Positions 37,081 through 49,195 of a stretch of DNA of 64,000 nt are shown one piece after another. The stretch lies in NCBI RefSeq assembly GCF_963921235.1, contig NC_086106.1, positions 33,728,001-33,792,000 on the forward strand, written 5' to 3'. A program made the translations under genes and the position numbers. The stretch is from Mobula hypostoma. Its lineage: Eukaryota. Below the pieces are notes generated by a model. The model did not search any database. It saw only the letters and a list, made by a program, of their open reading frames with translations, and was not told the DNA's origin. The stretch's first letter is position 1, and each line of letters opens with the position of its first letter.

Positions 37081-38689
37081 GTCATGATTTACCTGTCGTT
37101 CATGCTTAGCCTCGAGAAAGTGAGCTACTTGCTTGAACTGTTTTAATGCTTGTGGTGAAGCAGAATGTACACTGCTGTTGAGTAGTGAGTTGAATTACAG
37201 GATGTAACCCATCGAAACTGAAGGTAAGGGACTATACGGCATTTCCAAGTCAGGATGGGGTGTGCATTGAAGAAGAAAAATACCCGTGCATTTGAAGCCC
37301 CTGGCTATTACAACGTCTTGTTTTTGGGAAATACTGTCAGAGTGGCTCAGGTGAATGAAAACAGTCTATTGTGTGCATGTTAAACCTTACAGCAACCATG
37401 TACCAGAAGCGAATGAAATAAGGGTTTATGGTTGTAAAAGCAGCGACCGGTGCTGGGGCCTCAGCTGCTCTTAATCCATTTCAATAATATTATTGTTGGA
37501 TATGCTGTAATATGTCTATTTTCTGGGAATACAAGCTAGGGGTATCATGATCTGTGAGAAGGATTCCGGGAAAATTTGGAGGGATGTGGACAAGAAAATA
37601 AATTGCTAATACTTAGCTGATTGAATGTAAAGTGAAAAACGTGAGGATATTAACTTAGGAGAAATGAATAGAACGATAGCGTATTCTGTGAATAGTCGGA
37701 GACTGAAAAGTGTTGGGGTTCATAGTGGTCTGCGTAAAGCATAGAATATCAAGAGCAGGTTGTTCCAGTTTCTATCAAATATTGTCTGGAACTAATGTCG
37801 TAGAAATTTCACTTTCACTTGCTACATAGATCTTCCCGCAATAATACGTGGACAGCTTCATTTGATGAGGAGTTGTGATTAGATTTGAGCAATATACATT
37901 CATAAACAACCATCTGTCCTTATCATGGGCAGGAGTTAAAATTCATGAAGTTGCTGAAGGGTATTTAAGAACTGCCCTGAGAATCTAATACGATGATGTC
38001 CTTGTGCCTGTATAATGATTTTCATCATTTCCTTTGGTGCAATTTATGACTCCAACCATTGCCAACCGACAACACAACGCCAAGGTAGCGCAGAGGTAGA
38101 GCGACGTTATTACAAGTCGGAGCGTTCTGGAGTTCGGAGCTCAATGCCGGTGCCATTCTTCAAGCAGTCTGTAAGTCCTCCCGGCGGAATGCATTGGTTT
38201 TCCCGGACGCTCCGCTTTCCTCACACAGTCAAGAGACCGACCGGGTAGGTTAATTAGTCATTGTAAATTGTCTTGTGATTAGGATAGGGTTAATTGGGGT
38301 TGTGCAGCTGCTGGGGCGGCGTGCCTGGAATAGCCGGAATGGCCTACTCCGCGTTGTATCGCTAAATAAATGAATCGCATTTCGCTGTATAATAGGATCT
38401 AATTGTTCAAATGATTGACACAACTTCCTGTAGACTACATTCCAGTTTTCCGTAAAACGGCTATAGGCTGAACTCCCTACAGCGTGGAATGAACAGTCCT
38501 TCGTGGATGGCATTGTGCGTTGTTGTGAGATCAGGGCCGAGCATCATCAACACCATGCGAGATAAAAATAAACTGGCTATAATTGTGGATTCACTCTCCA
38601 CACCGAGAGGCATATCTATTTTCCTGTTCAATCGAAGATGTATCTACCTATCTATCTATCTATTTACTTACTTACTTATTTCATAGTCA

Positions 38690-39495
38690 TAGCCAAGGTC
38701 ATACATTATTGATCCCGGGGGAAATTGGTTTTCGTTACAGTTGCACCAAAATAATTAAATAGTAATAAAACCATAAATAATTAAATAGTAATATGTAAAT
38801 TATGCCAGGAAATAAGTCCAGGACCAGCCTATTGGCTCAGGGTGTCTGACCCTCCAAGGGAGGAGTTGTAAAGTTTGATGGCCACAGGCAGGAATGACTT
38901 CCTATGACGCTCTGTGTTGCATCTCGGTGGAATGAGTCTCTGGCTGAATATACTCCTGTGCCCAACCAGTAGATTATGGAGTGGATGGGAGACATATTCC
39001 AAGATGGCATGCAACTTGGACAGCATCCACTTTTCAGACACCACCGTCAGAGAGTCCATTTCCATCCCCACAACATCACTGGCCTTACGAATGAGTTTGT
39101 TGATTCTGTTGGTGTCTGCTACCCTCAGCCTTCTGCCCCAGCACACAACAGAAAATATGATCGCACTGGCCACCACAGACTCGTAGAACATCCTCAGCAT
39201 CGTCCGGTAGATGTAAAAGGACCTCAGTCTCCTCAGGAAATAGAAAGGTCTGTGACCCTTCTTGTAGACAGCCTCAGTATTCTTTGACCAGTCCAGTTTA
39301 TTGTCAATTCGTATCCCCAGGTATTTGTAATCCTCCACCATGTCCACATTGACCCCCTGGATGGAAACAGGGGTCACAAGTACCTTAGCTCTCCTCAGGT
39401 CTACCACCAGCTCCTTAGTCTTTTTCACATTAAGCTGCAGATAATTCTGCTCACACCATGTGACAAAGTTTCCTACCGTAGCCCTGTACTCAGCC
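38690..39495 (-). mobile_element. Rex1/L2-type LINE 3' fragment
   Basis: ORF 38829-39608 'YLQLNVKKTKELVVD...YKYLGIRIDNKLDWSKNTEAVYKKG...AIKLYNSS'. Confidence 0.88.
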
Positions 39496-40224
39496 TCATT
39501 ATTTAGAGATATACGCAGAATAGGCCTTTCCGGCCATTCGGGCCGCACCGCCAACAACCCCCAATATAACCCTGGCCTAATAACTTTACAATTCAGAATA
39601 ACCAACAAACCTACTACCCAGTACGTCTTTAGACTGTGGAAGGAAACCGGAGTACCAGGAGGAAACCCACGAATTTCACGGGAGAATGTACAACTTCTTA
39701 CTGAGAACGTTTCTCACCCAATTATTCACGCCGGTCACGTCGAAGACTCATCACTAAAGCACCACTCTATCACTTGCTAGTTATTAGTATGCTAATTCTT
39801 ATCTATTGATCATATTGCACCTGACCTTAAATAAGTCTGTTTACAATTGTGGTTCATTGGTGTACGATCTTAAGAGTATAATTAGAATCGTCAAGAATGG
39901 CTCTGTTTATAGTGTCATTCCTCGATTAATATTGATACACGTTCTTCCAGCTTTACCCTATTGAGATCCTATTGGTGAGGCATTTTAACATTATAGTTCA
40001 GTTTGTCTCCGCATGTTCAACAGAGATCCGATTATATAACACTAATTTTAGTTGACGCTCACATATGTTTTTGTATCGCACGTCGGAGAGGTCTGATTAC
40101 CAATACAGTACTACGGTAATGATCGTTTCAATCTGCTCATTGCCGACCTTCTGTTGTATTTTTATCTCTTGACTAGGATGTAAAACACGGAATGGATGTG
40201 AGCCTTTTGGCAAATTGTGGTTAC

Positions 40225-40542
40225 TTTTCCGGGTGCTGAAGTTTGCTTTCACAGTAGATTGTGAAGGTGGGTGCGTGACGACACAGGAGTATGTTGCGTC
40301 CTTCTTCCAATCGGCCAAAGTCAAGTAAAGGAGGCTTCTGGTGTTGAAGGTCATGTCCTGTTGAAGTGCAGTGGGGAAGCTGGTAGCTTTCGAGTAGAAT
40401 GCGGCTCCGTCCTTCTGCCACAAAACGGTTATGTCATCGGGGTAGAATCCCGTTATCATACATGTGAGCGTAACGATACCCGCAGTTTGAATCTCCTCTG
40501 CAGAGGGGGGAAAGAGACGTACCCTTGGTTCCAGTGCTTTGG
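40225..40542 (-). CDS. IgNAR: IgNAR constant exon C3
   Basis: 318 nt, phase 1/1, cag|...|gt; AKALEPRVRLFPPSAEEIQTAGIVTLTCMITGFYPDDITVLWQKDG...FPTALQQDMTFNTRSLL...YSCVVTHPPSQSTVK matches the shark IgNAR C3 signature (FPTALEQDLTFSTRSLL, HPPSQSTVK). Confidence 0.95.
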
Positions 40543-42221
40543 CTGCAAGAGAAGGTCAACCCGTGTTAATCTCCAAAAACTGTCTTTCCGAAATGTGGTT
40601 GAAACGAAACGGTGCAAATACACAGCAAGATTTGTAGTGTCTGCGATGAAGGAAACAGTGCCCCTTTTTGCATTTGACAAGTTACCTCACTATGCGCTGG
40701 TCAAGTTGTTTAAGAATCCGTGGTGAGCGGTCTTATTGTTAGTGAGCCGCTAAGGGTAATGGTGATGATAACTTTCTGTTTCGAAGCGTATCACGAGGGG
40801 AGTACCACGGTCCTAACAGCTTTCTTGTTTGTGATATAACGTTTTGTATGTGCATATAGAAAATATCATCTCTGAGTAATGCATAAGACTAAACTTGGTG
40901 GTGTTTTGAATCGCGATGATGGGCGTCAAAAGCTGCGGCAATACTGATCATATACAATGTTAGATTTTGCGGCAGCAGATGGGCAAATGTGTGTCGATGC
41001 AGTTTGGGAACTGAAGATGGGGTATGCCATGAATAGAAAATAGCTCATTATTAAGGAACATTTATGAACAGAGAGATAGTTCCCCGAAAGTGGCAGAGCC
41101 GGTAGTTGGTGTGTTGACAAAGGAACACGGCATACTTGCTTTCACAGGTCAGGATTAGCAGATGAAATTTAGGACGCTCTGTTTCAACTTTATTAAACAC
41201 TAATGCACTCGATTTTGCACTCTAGTCGCCTCGTTGTAAGGTGAATGGCATTGTGCTGGAACGAGTGCATAAGAGATTCAACAGTGTGTTAGCTGGATTG
41301 GAGAACGTCAGTTATGGGGAGCTTGTTTTTTTTCTGAAGTGAAAGAAACTGAGTCGTGACCGGATAACACCACGCAGAATTATCAGTGACACTGGTAGGC
41401 TAAGTAGACAAAAACATTCGTATGTGTAGACTATGAAATCCAAAAGTACGTATTTAAGTTCAGTGGAAGGAGCTTTAGAGAGTACCTTAAGTCACTGCAT
41501 TTGGCAAACATTTAGTCGATCACTGAAGTAGGAAAGACATTGAACGTTTTTTTTTCTGTTGCTGAAAATTGGATTGAGGTAGATGTGAAACATTTTTGAA
41601 CACTGGGGTCAGAGAGCCAAATGTATTTCTGTGCAGTATTTTATGACTACAACATTTTAGAGGGGTAGTACAAGGATACAACTATTAGAATGCCTGCTGC
41701 AAGTCTCCAGAAACCTGGTTTAGGTCTTGACCTGCTCTACTGGAGTTTATACGGTTGTCGTGTGGCTGCACGCGTTCTGTTTTAGGTTCTCCAATTTCCA
41801 TATCGAACAACATGCCAGTGCTAGCCACATCGACTACCATAACTTACTCTTAACGTAGAGTAGAATCTTCGAAGAGTTGTTGAAGCTACGAAACAATAAA
41901 CTAGATCAAAGTGGAATTCGCTGAATGAGTGCTGAAGCGGGCTTGGTTTCTGTCGACCGAAGGGTCTGTTCCAATACTGTCGGGTCCTATGACTTCAACA
42001 TTTCATTCGATGAAATCTTGGGTGGAACGCTATCGATGCACCACTTGTCAGGAAACCTGTCTTCCCTTGAATAAGATAATGCATTATGACTCTAGCAGAG
42101 GGCAACCCGTTCACCATCATGCCTGTTTTCCTCTGAATACTGCTGCCTGGCATCCAGCAGTTTCTGTTCCTCTTTCTGAATCTACACTGCTTTGCATTTC
42201 AATTGTTGTTATTGCACCCAC

Positions 42222-42524
42222 CTTTTGCGTTTCGTGCCCTTTTTGATAGGGGAGCAGCTGATTGATTGTCCTGCACCGAGCAGGAGTATTCTACCCCGCT
42301 GTCCCACTCGGCCACGCTGCTGGTCAAACGGCCGACTGTCAAGTACTGACTCCCGATCTTTGCTGCTTGTTCTGTTTGAACGTCAACAGCCCTTTCCTTC
42401 CCAACCGCTGTCCAAGAGATGGAAACCTCAGCTGGAGTTGTAGCGATCACTTCACACACCAGTGTGGCAGTTTTGTTTATCCACATTTCTTCAACGGTGG
42501 GATCACCGAGAAACAATGCGAATT
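42222..42524 (-). CDS. IgNAR: IgNAR constant exon C2
   Basis: 303 nt, phase 1/1, tag|...|gt; EFALFLGDPTVEEMWINKTATLVCEV...QYLTVGRLTSSVAEWDSGVEYSC matches IgNAR C2 (DPTVEEIWIDKSATLVCEV, SGVEYTC). Confidence 0.96.
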
Positions 42525-43560
42525 CTAGAAGACGTACAGTCATTGAAAGGACTTATGACGAATCTGAAGTTTAGCAGGGATTTCAATTTAGTAATAACCT
42601 GCTACACGTTAAAACCCTAAGGTGGAAATTGTTCATTTTAAATCATGCTTAAGTCGTCTTTTCGTGAACCGTTAAGTTAGATTATAGCCACACGCTACTC
42701 TTCTATACTGAAAAGAAAGGAAAATGGTTGAAAATGAGTAATATATCGTCATTCATAGACAAGTGTGGCGAAGGATAGAGGGAGAGATACAGCCGGACAT
42801 CCCCAGAAAGTACGACAGTGATAAAACACTGGCGTGGGGAAGGGGCAGTGGCTTGTGGCAAAACAGTGAATGGGATGCAGCGAGACAGAGAAATTGGCTG
42901 AGAGAGGACAGAACACAGGAAGCTAGAAGATGGAAGTGAATGTTAGATGGAAAGAAGTGCTAAATAAATATGCAGTGTTCGATCTATTTATGCAAGAATG
43001 AAGGACCAGTTTACCACAAGGTTTAACTGTCTGATAAGTCGAGTGGTTGCCTCGACTACTTTCTTCTTTTCATTTATTTATTTTCCAAAACTTTCATTAT
43101 TGCATGCTGATACCAGCTACAGATATAACACACCAGTAAAAATTAATGAGCTGTTAAATTTGAAAGTTAAAGATGATCACGGAAGATTTTTTTTTACCGC
43201 TGCTTTCCTGTGCTTATCTTTTAAGATGTCCGGATTCCTTAGAATCATTTCAGATATACAAATTCTATTCTGTGCATCAACATGATCAGAAATCAATATT
43301 CACTAATGCACCATGACGTCTTCTGACTACACTTCGCAATATTCCTTGTAATTCTTACCTCTGATATTTAATGTTTGCTGCCTAAACATTCCGAATCACA
43401 CTCCTATCTGTCCCTTACCCGAACTTGATACTGGCACGCATCTTAATCTTCAGCAGTCTGGTTATTTTAAAATCTTGTCCGTAGATGATTACAGCCCACC
43501 AAATGAAATAGAGGACGAAAGTGGAAATACTGCACCTATGGACTGGGAACTGCTTCTTAC

Positions 43561-43881
43561 CTGACTCAGCTCGTATTTCTTTGTGGATGTTGCTGCTGGT
43601 TGCAGAGTGGGATACTTGGCACGAGTACACAGCACCACTGGCCCATTCGTTCACAGGCACTTTGAGCACACTTGCTGAGGTAAACGTTTCGCTTGAACTT
43701 TCAGTGGAAGAAGTAGTGGTAAAGCCGGACTGTATGGCTTGTCCGTTTTTCTGCCAGGTCACTGCGATGTTTTCAGGTAGGTATTCGCTCATGAGACAAA
43801 TCAATTCCACAAAACCCTGTGCTTTTTGTTCGGCAGTTGCAGAATAGACAAGAGTGATGTTTGGCGGAGTCGGTTGTTTTG
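43561..43881 (-). CDS. IgNAR: IgNAR constant exon C1
   Basis: 321 nt, phase 1/1, tag|...|gtaag; AKQPTPPNITLVYSATAEQKAQGFVELICL...PENIAVTWQKN...YSCQVSHSATSSNIHKEIR matches IgNAR C1 (LLYSATEEQR, YSCQVSHSAT). Confidence 0.97.
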
Positions 43882-44249
43882 CTAAAATTAACAAAAACAA
43901 AAGTCTTTGAAATGATTGGATAAATTTTACGTTGTTCTTCTGACAACTTGTAAGGCATAAGACAACTACAATATTCCGTGCATCATAAGAATCTCTACAT
44001 GTCAAGAGCTACGTTAGCGTTTCTAAGACTTTTCGGCTGAAGGGATGACTGAAGCTGAGATATTTCCTTCAGTATAATGGTATCACAGCTTACAGTGATT
44101 TGTTTTTATACCTTGAATGGTACTTTGAAATTTCGATTAATCTTCGTCGTATCAAAGCTGACGTTGGCCGTACGAATTCATTACAGGAGAGAGATTGAAA
44201 ATCCAACTGTCAGAATAACATCTCTCACTCAATGTCAGCGAGACCAAGG

Positions 44250-45200
44250 AGTTGATTACTGACTACAGGGGGAGAAAACCGCAGATCCGTCTGCAGGTCC
44301 TCATCTAGAGGTCAGAGGTGGAGAGAGTTAGCAACTTCAAATTCCTCTGCGTAATCATTTCAGATGATCTATCCGGAGTCCAGCTGGTAAGTGATATTAG
44401 AAAGAAAGCACAGCAGCGCAACAACTCTCTTAAAAGTTTGAAAAGATCCGGCATGTCATCGAAAACTTTGACAAAGTTACGCAGATGTGCGGTGCAGGAT
44501 TCCCTGAAGGGTAATTTGCAGGTTGAATCTATGGTGAGGAAGGAAATGCGATGTTAGCATCCATTTCAAGATGACTAGCATATAAAAGCAAGAAGGGAAT
44601 GCTGAAGCTTTGTAAAACACTGGTGAGGCCTCGAATGGAGTATTGTGAGCAATTTTGGGCCCCTTATCTTCGAAAGGAGGCGTTGAAACTGGAGAAGGTT
44701 CATAGGAGGTTCACGAAGATGATTCCAGGATTGATTGGCTTGTCATATGAAGAGTGTTTAATGGCTCTGGGCTTGTATTAGCTGGAATTCAGAAGAATGA
44801 GGCGTGACCTCATTGAAACTTATCGAATGGTGAACGGCCTTGATAGAGTGGATCTGGGGAGCATGTTTCCTATAGTGGGAGAGTCTAAGACCAGAGGAAA
44901 CAACCTCAGAACAGACAGGCACCCTTTTTGAACGGATATGAGGAGGAATTTCTTGAGCCAAAGAGTGGTGAATCTGTGGAATTCTTTGCCACATGAAGCT
45001 GTGGAGACCAGGTCTTTATGTATATTTACAGCTGAGGTTGATAGATTCTTGATTGTTGAGGACACGTAGAGGTACGGGGAGAAGACATGAGATTGGGTAG
45101 GAGAGGAAAATTGGATCAGTCATGATGAAATGGAGTTGCTGACGCGATGGGCCAAATGGACTAATTCTGTTCCTATCTCTTATGGTCTTATGGCCTTATG
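44250..45200 (+). mobile_element. Rex/L2 fragment followed by CR1 3' end in the J-C1 intron
   Basis: 'VERVSNFKFLCVIISDDL' (44318) and 'KTLVRPRMEYCEQFWAPY' (44599) motifs; CR1 3' UTR to about 45200. Confidence 0.75.
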
Positions 45201-47714
45201 GAATGAATCTGAAGCAAACTCTTGAAATGAGTAGTTTCTGTCAAATCCATTTCGTCAGGAAGGTGCTGGTCAGCCTGCAATTGTCGCTACGTTTCCGGCG
45301 CATGCCCACGTTCACTAAACCATAGCAAACATCTTTGGAATATGGCTGACATTGTAATAGGACAATGCTAACTGCTCACTAGAATCACAGGGATAGGTGT
45401 TTGGGTCCCGAATATTTATAATTAGTCTCAAACATATGGACTAAGGCAACATAGATATTTAGAAAGAGTTATGGAGAAGTGCAAGACACACAGAAGCTTA
45501 GCCATTAGCGCAACACTATCACAGCTCGAAGTGTCAGTGTACAAAGTTCAGTTCTGACGCCGTCTCTAAGGAACTTGCTTGTTCTCCCCAAGACCGTGTG
45601 GGTTTCCCAGGTACTGTCATTTATTTTTATTGTCCAAAGTCAGAACGGTTAGTAAATTGTCCTATGATTAGGCTAGGGTTACATAAGTGAGTTGCAATAA
45701 TTTTACATTAATCCATTTTCGTTAATTCGCCCCCACAACCACATCAATTCCATCAAGTTATATCATTGTTCTAAGCACTATAGACAATATTGTTTTGTCA
45801 GTTAGCTAACGAACCGCACGTCTTTCGGATGTGGGAGGGAAATGGGGCAGAGGTATGGGATTCCCCCTTTAGGATTGAGATTAGGTAAAGATTTCTTTTC
45901 TTTCACAGGGTATTGCAAATGTTGAAATTATTCGAATGCAGAATGAGAAAATTGGCATACTTTTTAAAGCAGAGATCGTTGCGGACATACAAAGCAAACG
46001 GCGATCGCATATTACAGAAGGAGGGGAGATATAGAGCTTATAATAAGACTGACGACCATGAAGTGAAAGACTAGTCCAATACATTTTATTGGACTGAAGA
46101 AGAGGTGCTGGTATCACACAGCTTCCCTTCTATTGCAAGTAGCATAATAAAATAGAAAGGGTGTTGATGGTGTTTCTAAGTATTTAATAAATTCACCCTC
46201 TGGTACTCTTCTCAAATGTCGATTCCTTCTCAGTTTCTCAATTAAGTGCATGGAATGGGCTGTGCTTGACGTCTGAGAAATTCCTTTCCCAAAAGGATCA
46301 AAATGCAAGGGGAGGTCTACATTAATTTGGGAGAAAATTAGCCGGGCAGGCGGAGTAATACACCACAGTGCTATATACGAACAAAGACGATGTTATTTAC
46401 TTGCCTATTTAACAAAGACAAACACAAGTGGAATTATACTGGGTTCCCACAAAACTCCATAAACAACGAGATTCAGAGGACTTTTAAACACGACTAAGCT
46501 CGGACAAAGGAGCTTGACAGCATTCTTAAAACTAAGAAAGATGAAGCAAACAAATAGCAATAAGGTCAAGTAAACTGGACGAATGATGGATATTTTTGCA
46601 AATTGCTTCCCTGACATTTGTGGGTCCCATAATAGTGTCAGAGGTTTGTTTTCATTTGAGTTTGCTTTGGGAAGGAACTACTTGTAGACGCTCTCATTCA
46701 ATTGACTGATGAAAATTAAAACCCGTTTCGCAGCAATGTTTGCATTGCAACCTATATTTTAGCATACTGCTTCATTGAACACAGTTTTATATTTTGTACC
46801 ACAAAACAGTCTGATTAACACTGTAAACCTTTATAATCTGCATCTGGAATGTCATTCATTAAGATCTGGAGTGTAACATTTAATTAAGTATAGCGCCGTG
46901 GCAATTGACTAAAGCATTTAGCGAGATGGTACAGACTTAATATTATTGTGCCCCGCTTTCAAAGACGATATTGATTATGTTGACATTCATTCAGTATCTT
47001 TTCCGGCCTTGCGCACAGAACTTTAGCCTAGCTCTGCCCTCCCTGAACACTCTGACAATTGACACTAAAATATAACCAACGTTATACAAGTCCAACGATT
47101 CTGACAACGTAAAATTTGTTTCAACCTGGACTTCCAGGCGCTCACTAAATGTATGGATTTGTTAGAGAATGATATGTGTTTCTAAATAGAAGGCATTTTT
47201 TCTTCTATTCCAGCTAAATGACAAGTTGTTTTCGCAATGAGTATATGTTCTAACAGCCCCCTCGAAGTATCAGGTTATTAAGCTATCGATCCCTTCTGAA
47301 CTGAAACGTATTTCATCTTCAAAGTTCTATACTGCTTGGGTCTGCGACCATAGGAGAGTAAATCCACACTCAAATATGCCAAGATATGAGGACATGGCAC
47401 TTACATCAATACAGCAGGTAATACTTTAAAGTAACTATCGGACGGGGGTGGGACGTAGCAAGTAATTTGTGCGCTTCAGTTTGTAAAAATACTTAAATTT
47501 TCGTTTTTTTTTTAAACGAGCGAAGGTATTATCTTGGGAGGAGAAAGGCGTATACTTTAATTCTTCTGGGTTGTCTCAGTGAAATGCTTATACTCTAAAA
47601 ATACATTATCATATTGCCCTTTTCGGTTTGCATCATTTAAACGAGAATATAATTATACTTCATCTCGGGGAAAAGTACGTGCTTGCTCAAAATGTAATAA
47701 AAGATATCACTTAC

Positions 47715-47761
47715 CAGGTTTCACAGTCAGCTTTGTACCAGTTCCGTTGTGGAGTTTGTAA
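47715..47761 (-). CDS. IgNAR: IgNAR J segment (YKLHNGTGTKLTVKP)
   Basis: GxGTxLTVKP J motif ending at donor CCTG|gtaagt, phase 1 matching C1; begins immediately after an RSS heptamer. Confidence 0.95.
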
Positions 47762-47800
47762 CACAATGATTAACTTCCTATTCAGCACAATTCAAAAAGT
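47762..47800 (-). other. J recombination signal sequence, 23-bp spacer
   Basis: Read away from the coding end: CACAATG - 23 nt - TCAAAAAGT. Confidence 0.9.
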
Positions 47801-48103
47801 AATCATTGAAACTGAATTGTAGATGGAGGCTTTCCACAATAATACAGGAACGAAGGGCTGACCAATGTATTTCATTTCCTTCAGTTTCACCGCCCTTGTA
47901 TTTATTCAGTGCGCTGTAAGCGCATATGATATTAAAACTGGCATTTCGCTGTTTGAGTACCAGGGACTGTAAGTAGAATTCAACCTAAAGGAGAAGTAAA
48001 GTTGTTTGAAAAACTATGTTGAGTAACATCCATGCACGTAACGGCATATTTTGTAGTCCCTTTTACAAATAGATGAACTTAAAAAAGATAAAACTGTCTC
48101 GGA

Positions 48104-48171
48104 GGTTTGTGCTATGGCTTAGACTACTGTGGCACTGTTTTTGCACATCAGTTCATATCAGCACAATATCT
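48104..48171 (-). other. IgNAR: D2 segment (48132-48143, CAAAAACAGTGC) with 12-bp RSS on both sides
   Basis: 3' RSS CACAGTA-12-GCACAAACC (48104-48131); 5' RSS CACATCA-12-ACAATATCT (48144-48171, degenerate heptamer). Confidence 0.8.
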
Positions 48172-48483
48172 TCATTGTTGTAAACAGCGTATAAATCCGT
48201 CAGATAATCCCATACGTCCATGATACGGTGGTAGGGGACATGAATTAAATGGTTGTACTGGCTTGTTTAAATCCCGTCGATAATCATTCTCAGCCAGGTA
48301 GATGATATCAAGGCTTTGTTATTAACATGATTATCACATATGTACTGCAATTGCACAAACATATAGAGCAAGGTTATGCTTTGTGTACCAGTCTCTGGCA
48401 GAGATAAAGAGTCTTTGTCAGAAAGCAGTTTGAGTCCCTACAGGAATATTTTACATTAATTTTGCATTAATAACTGCCGAGGC

Positions 48484-48562
48484 GATTTGTGCATGAAGGG
48501 GGCTGAAGATTCATCACTGTGGGTTGTCACTTGACACAGTGGTTGATTCAATAGCAATAAGG
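48484..48562 (-). other. IgNAR: D1 segment (48522-48534, TCAAGTGACAACC) with 5' 12-bp and 3' 22-bp RSS
   Basis: Two perfect heptamers 13 nt apart: 5' RSS CACAGTG-12-GCAATAAGG (48535-48562); 3' RSS CACAGTG-22-GCACAAATC (48484-48521). Confidence 0.88.
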
Positions 48563-48757
48563 TCTCCATTTACATAACTCTGGGAGAATACTGACGCTGC
48601 ACCTCCAACTCTGTCCACTTAGATATAAGCGGCATTGTGACTGTCGCCAACTTAGTACTAATGTACGCTCGCTCTACAGCGGAATCAACTGCTGCTCGGT
48701 AATTTTCTTTGCCATAAGAACGAAGCAGTCAGAGATTCTCGTGTGAAAGATTTTCAA

Positions 48758-48795
48758 GCTTTTTGAATTGGCTTGTGCTCAGCTTCGTTACTGTG
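48758..48795 (-). other. V recombination signal sequence, 22-bp spacer
   Basis: CACAGTA - 22 nt - TCAAAAAGC directly after ...TGC AGT GGT CAA GAC. Confidence 0.92.
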
Positions 48796-49067
48796 GTCTT
48801 GACCACTGCAAAAATACATGGCCGTATCTTCAACAATTAGGTTGCTGATCTGCAGGGAAGATGACTTGTTTGTGTTGTTGACTGTTTCCGCATATCGTCC
48901 TCCAATAGACAGCCTATCCCAACCCGATTGACTCAGTCTTTGGATGAACCATGATGTGCCATTCAGGTTACAGTTAGCATCTTTAAAAACACAGTTGATG
49001 GTCAGAGTTTCGCCTGGTTGTTTTATTGCTTCTCTTGGTGTCTGTTCTACCGATACACTGAAGGCAT
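48796..49067 (-). CDS. IgNAR: IgNAR variable (VNAR) exon, type II-like (extra CDR1 Cys)
   Basis: (N)AFS-VSVEQTPREAIKQPGETLTINCVFKDANCNLNGTSWFIQRLSQSGWDRLSIGGRYAETVNNTNKSSSLQISNLIVEDTAMYFCSGQD. VNAR hallmarks: LTINC, SIGGRY-ETV, and deleted C'/C'' (no CDR2). Acceptor ttccttcag, open frame. Confidence 0.97.
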
Positions 49068-49195
49068 CTGAAGGAAGGAAAACATATTTAATCATCGCAT
49101 ATCTGAAGCAGAACAGGATTTAACATAAAATGAATTTTGTGGAAGCAACGACAATATAGTAACCATTATTCTCTTTAAAACTGAACTGCACTTAC

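Noticed and set aside
38480-38610. Minus-strand hydrophobic stretch STIIASLFLSRMVLMML as a possible TM1
   Set aside because: No polypyrimidine acceptor, no CART-type conserved residues, no phase-0 donor after a Lys.
48221-48240. Possible third D near TACGGTG
   Set aside because: No nonamer at the correct spacing and no opposing heptamer.
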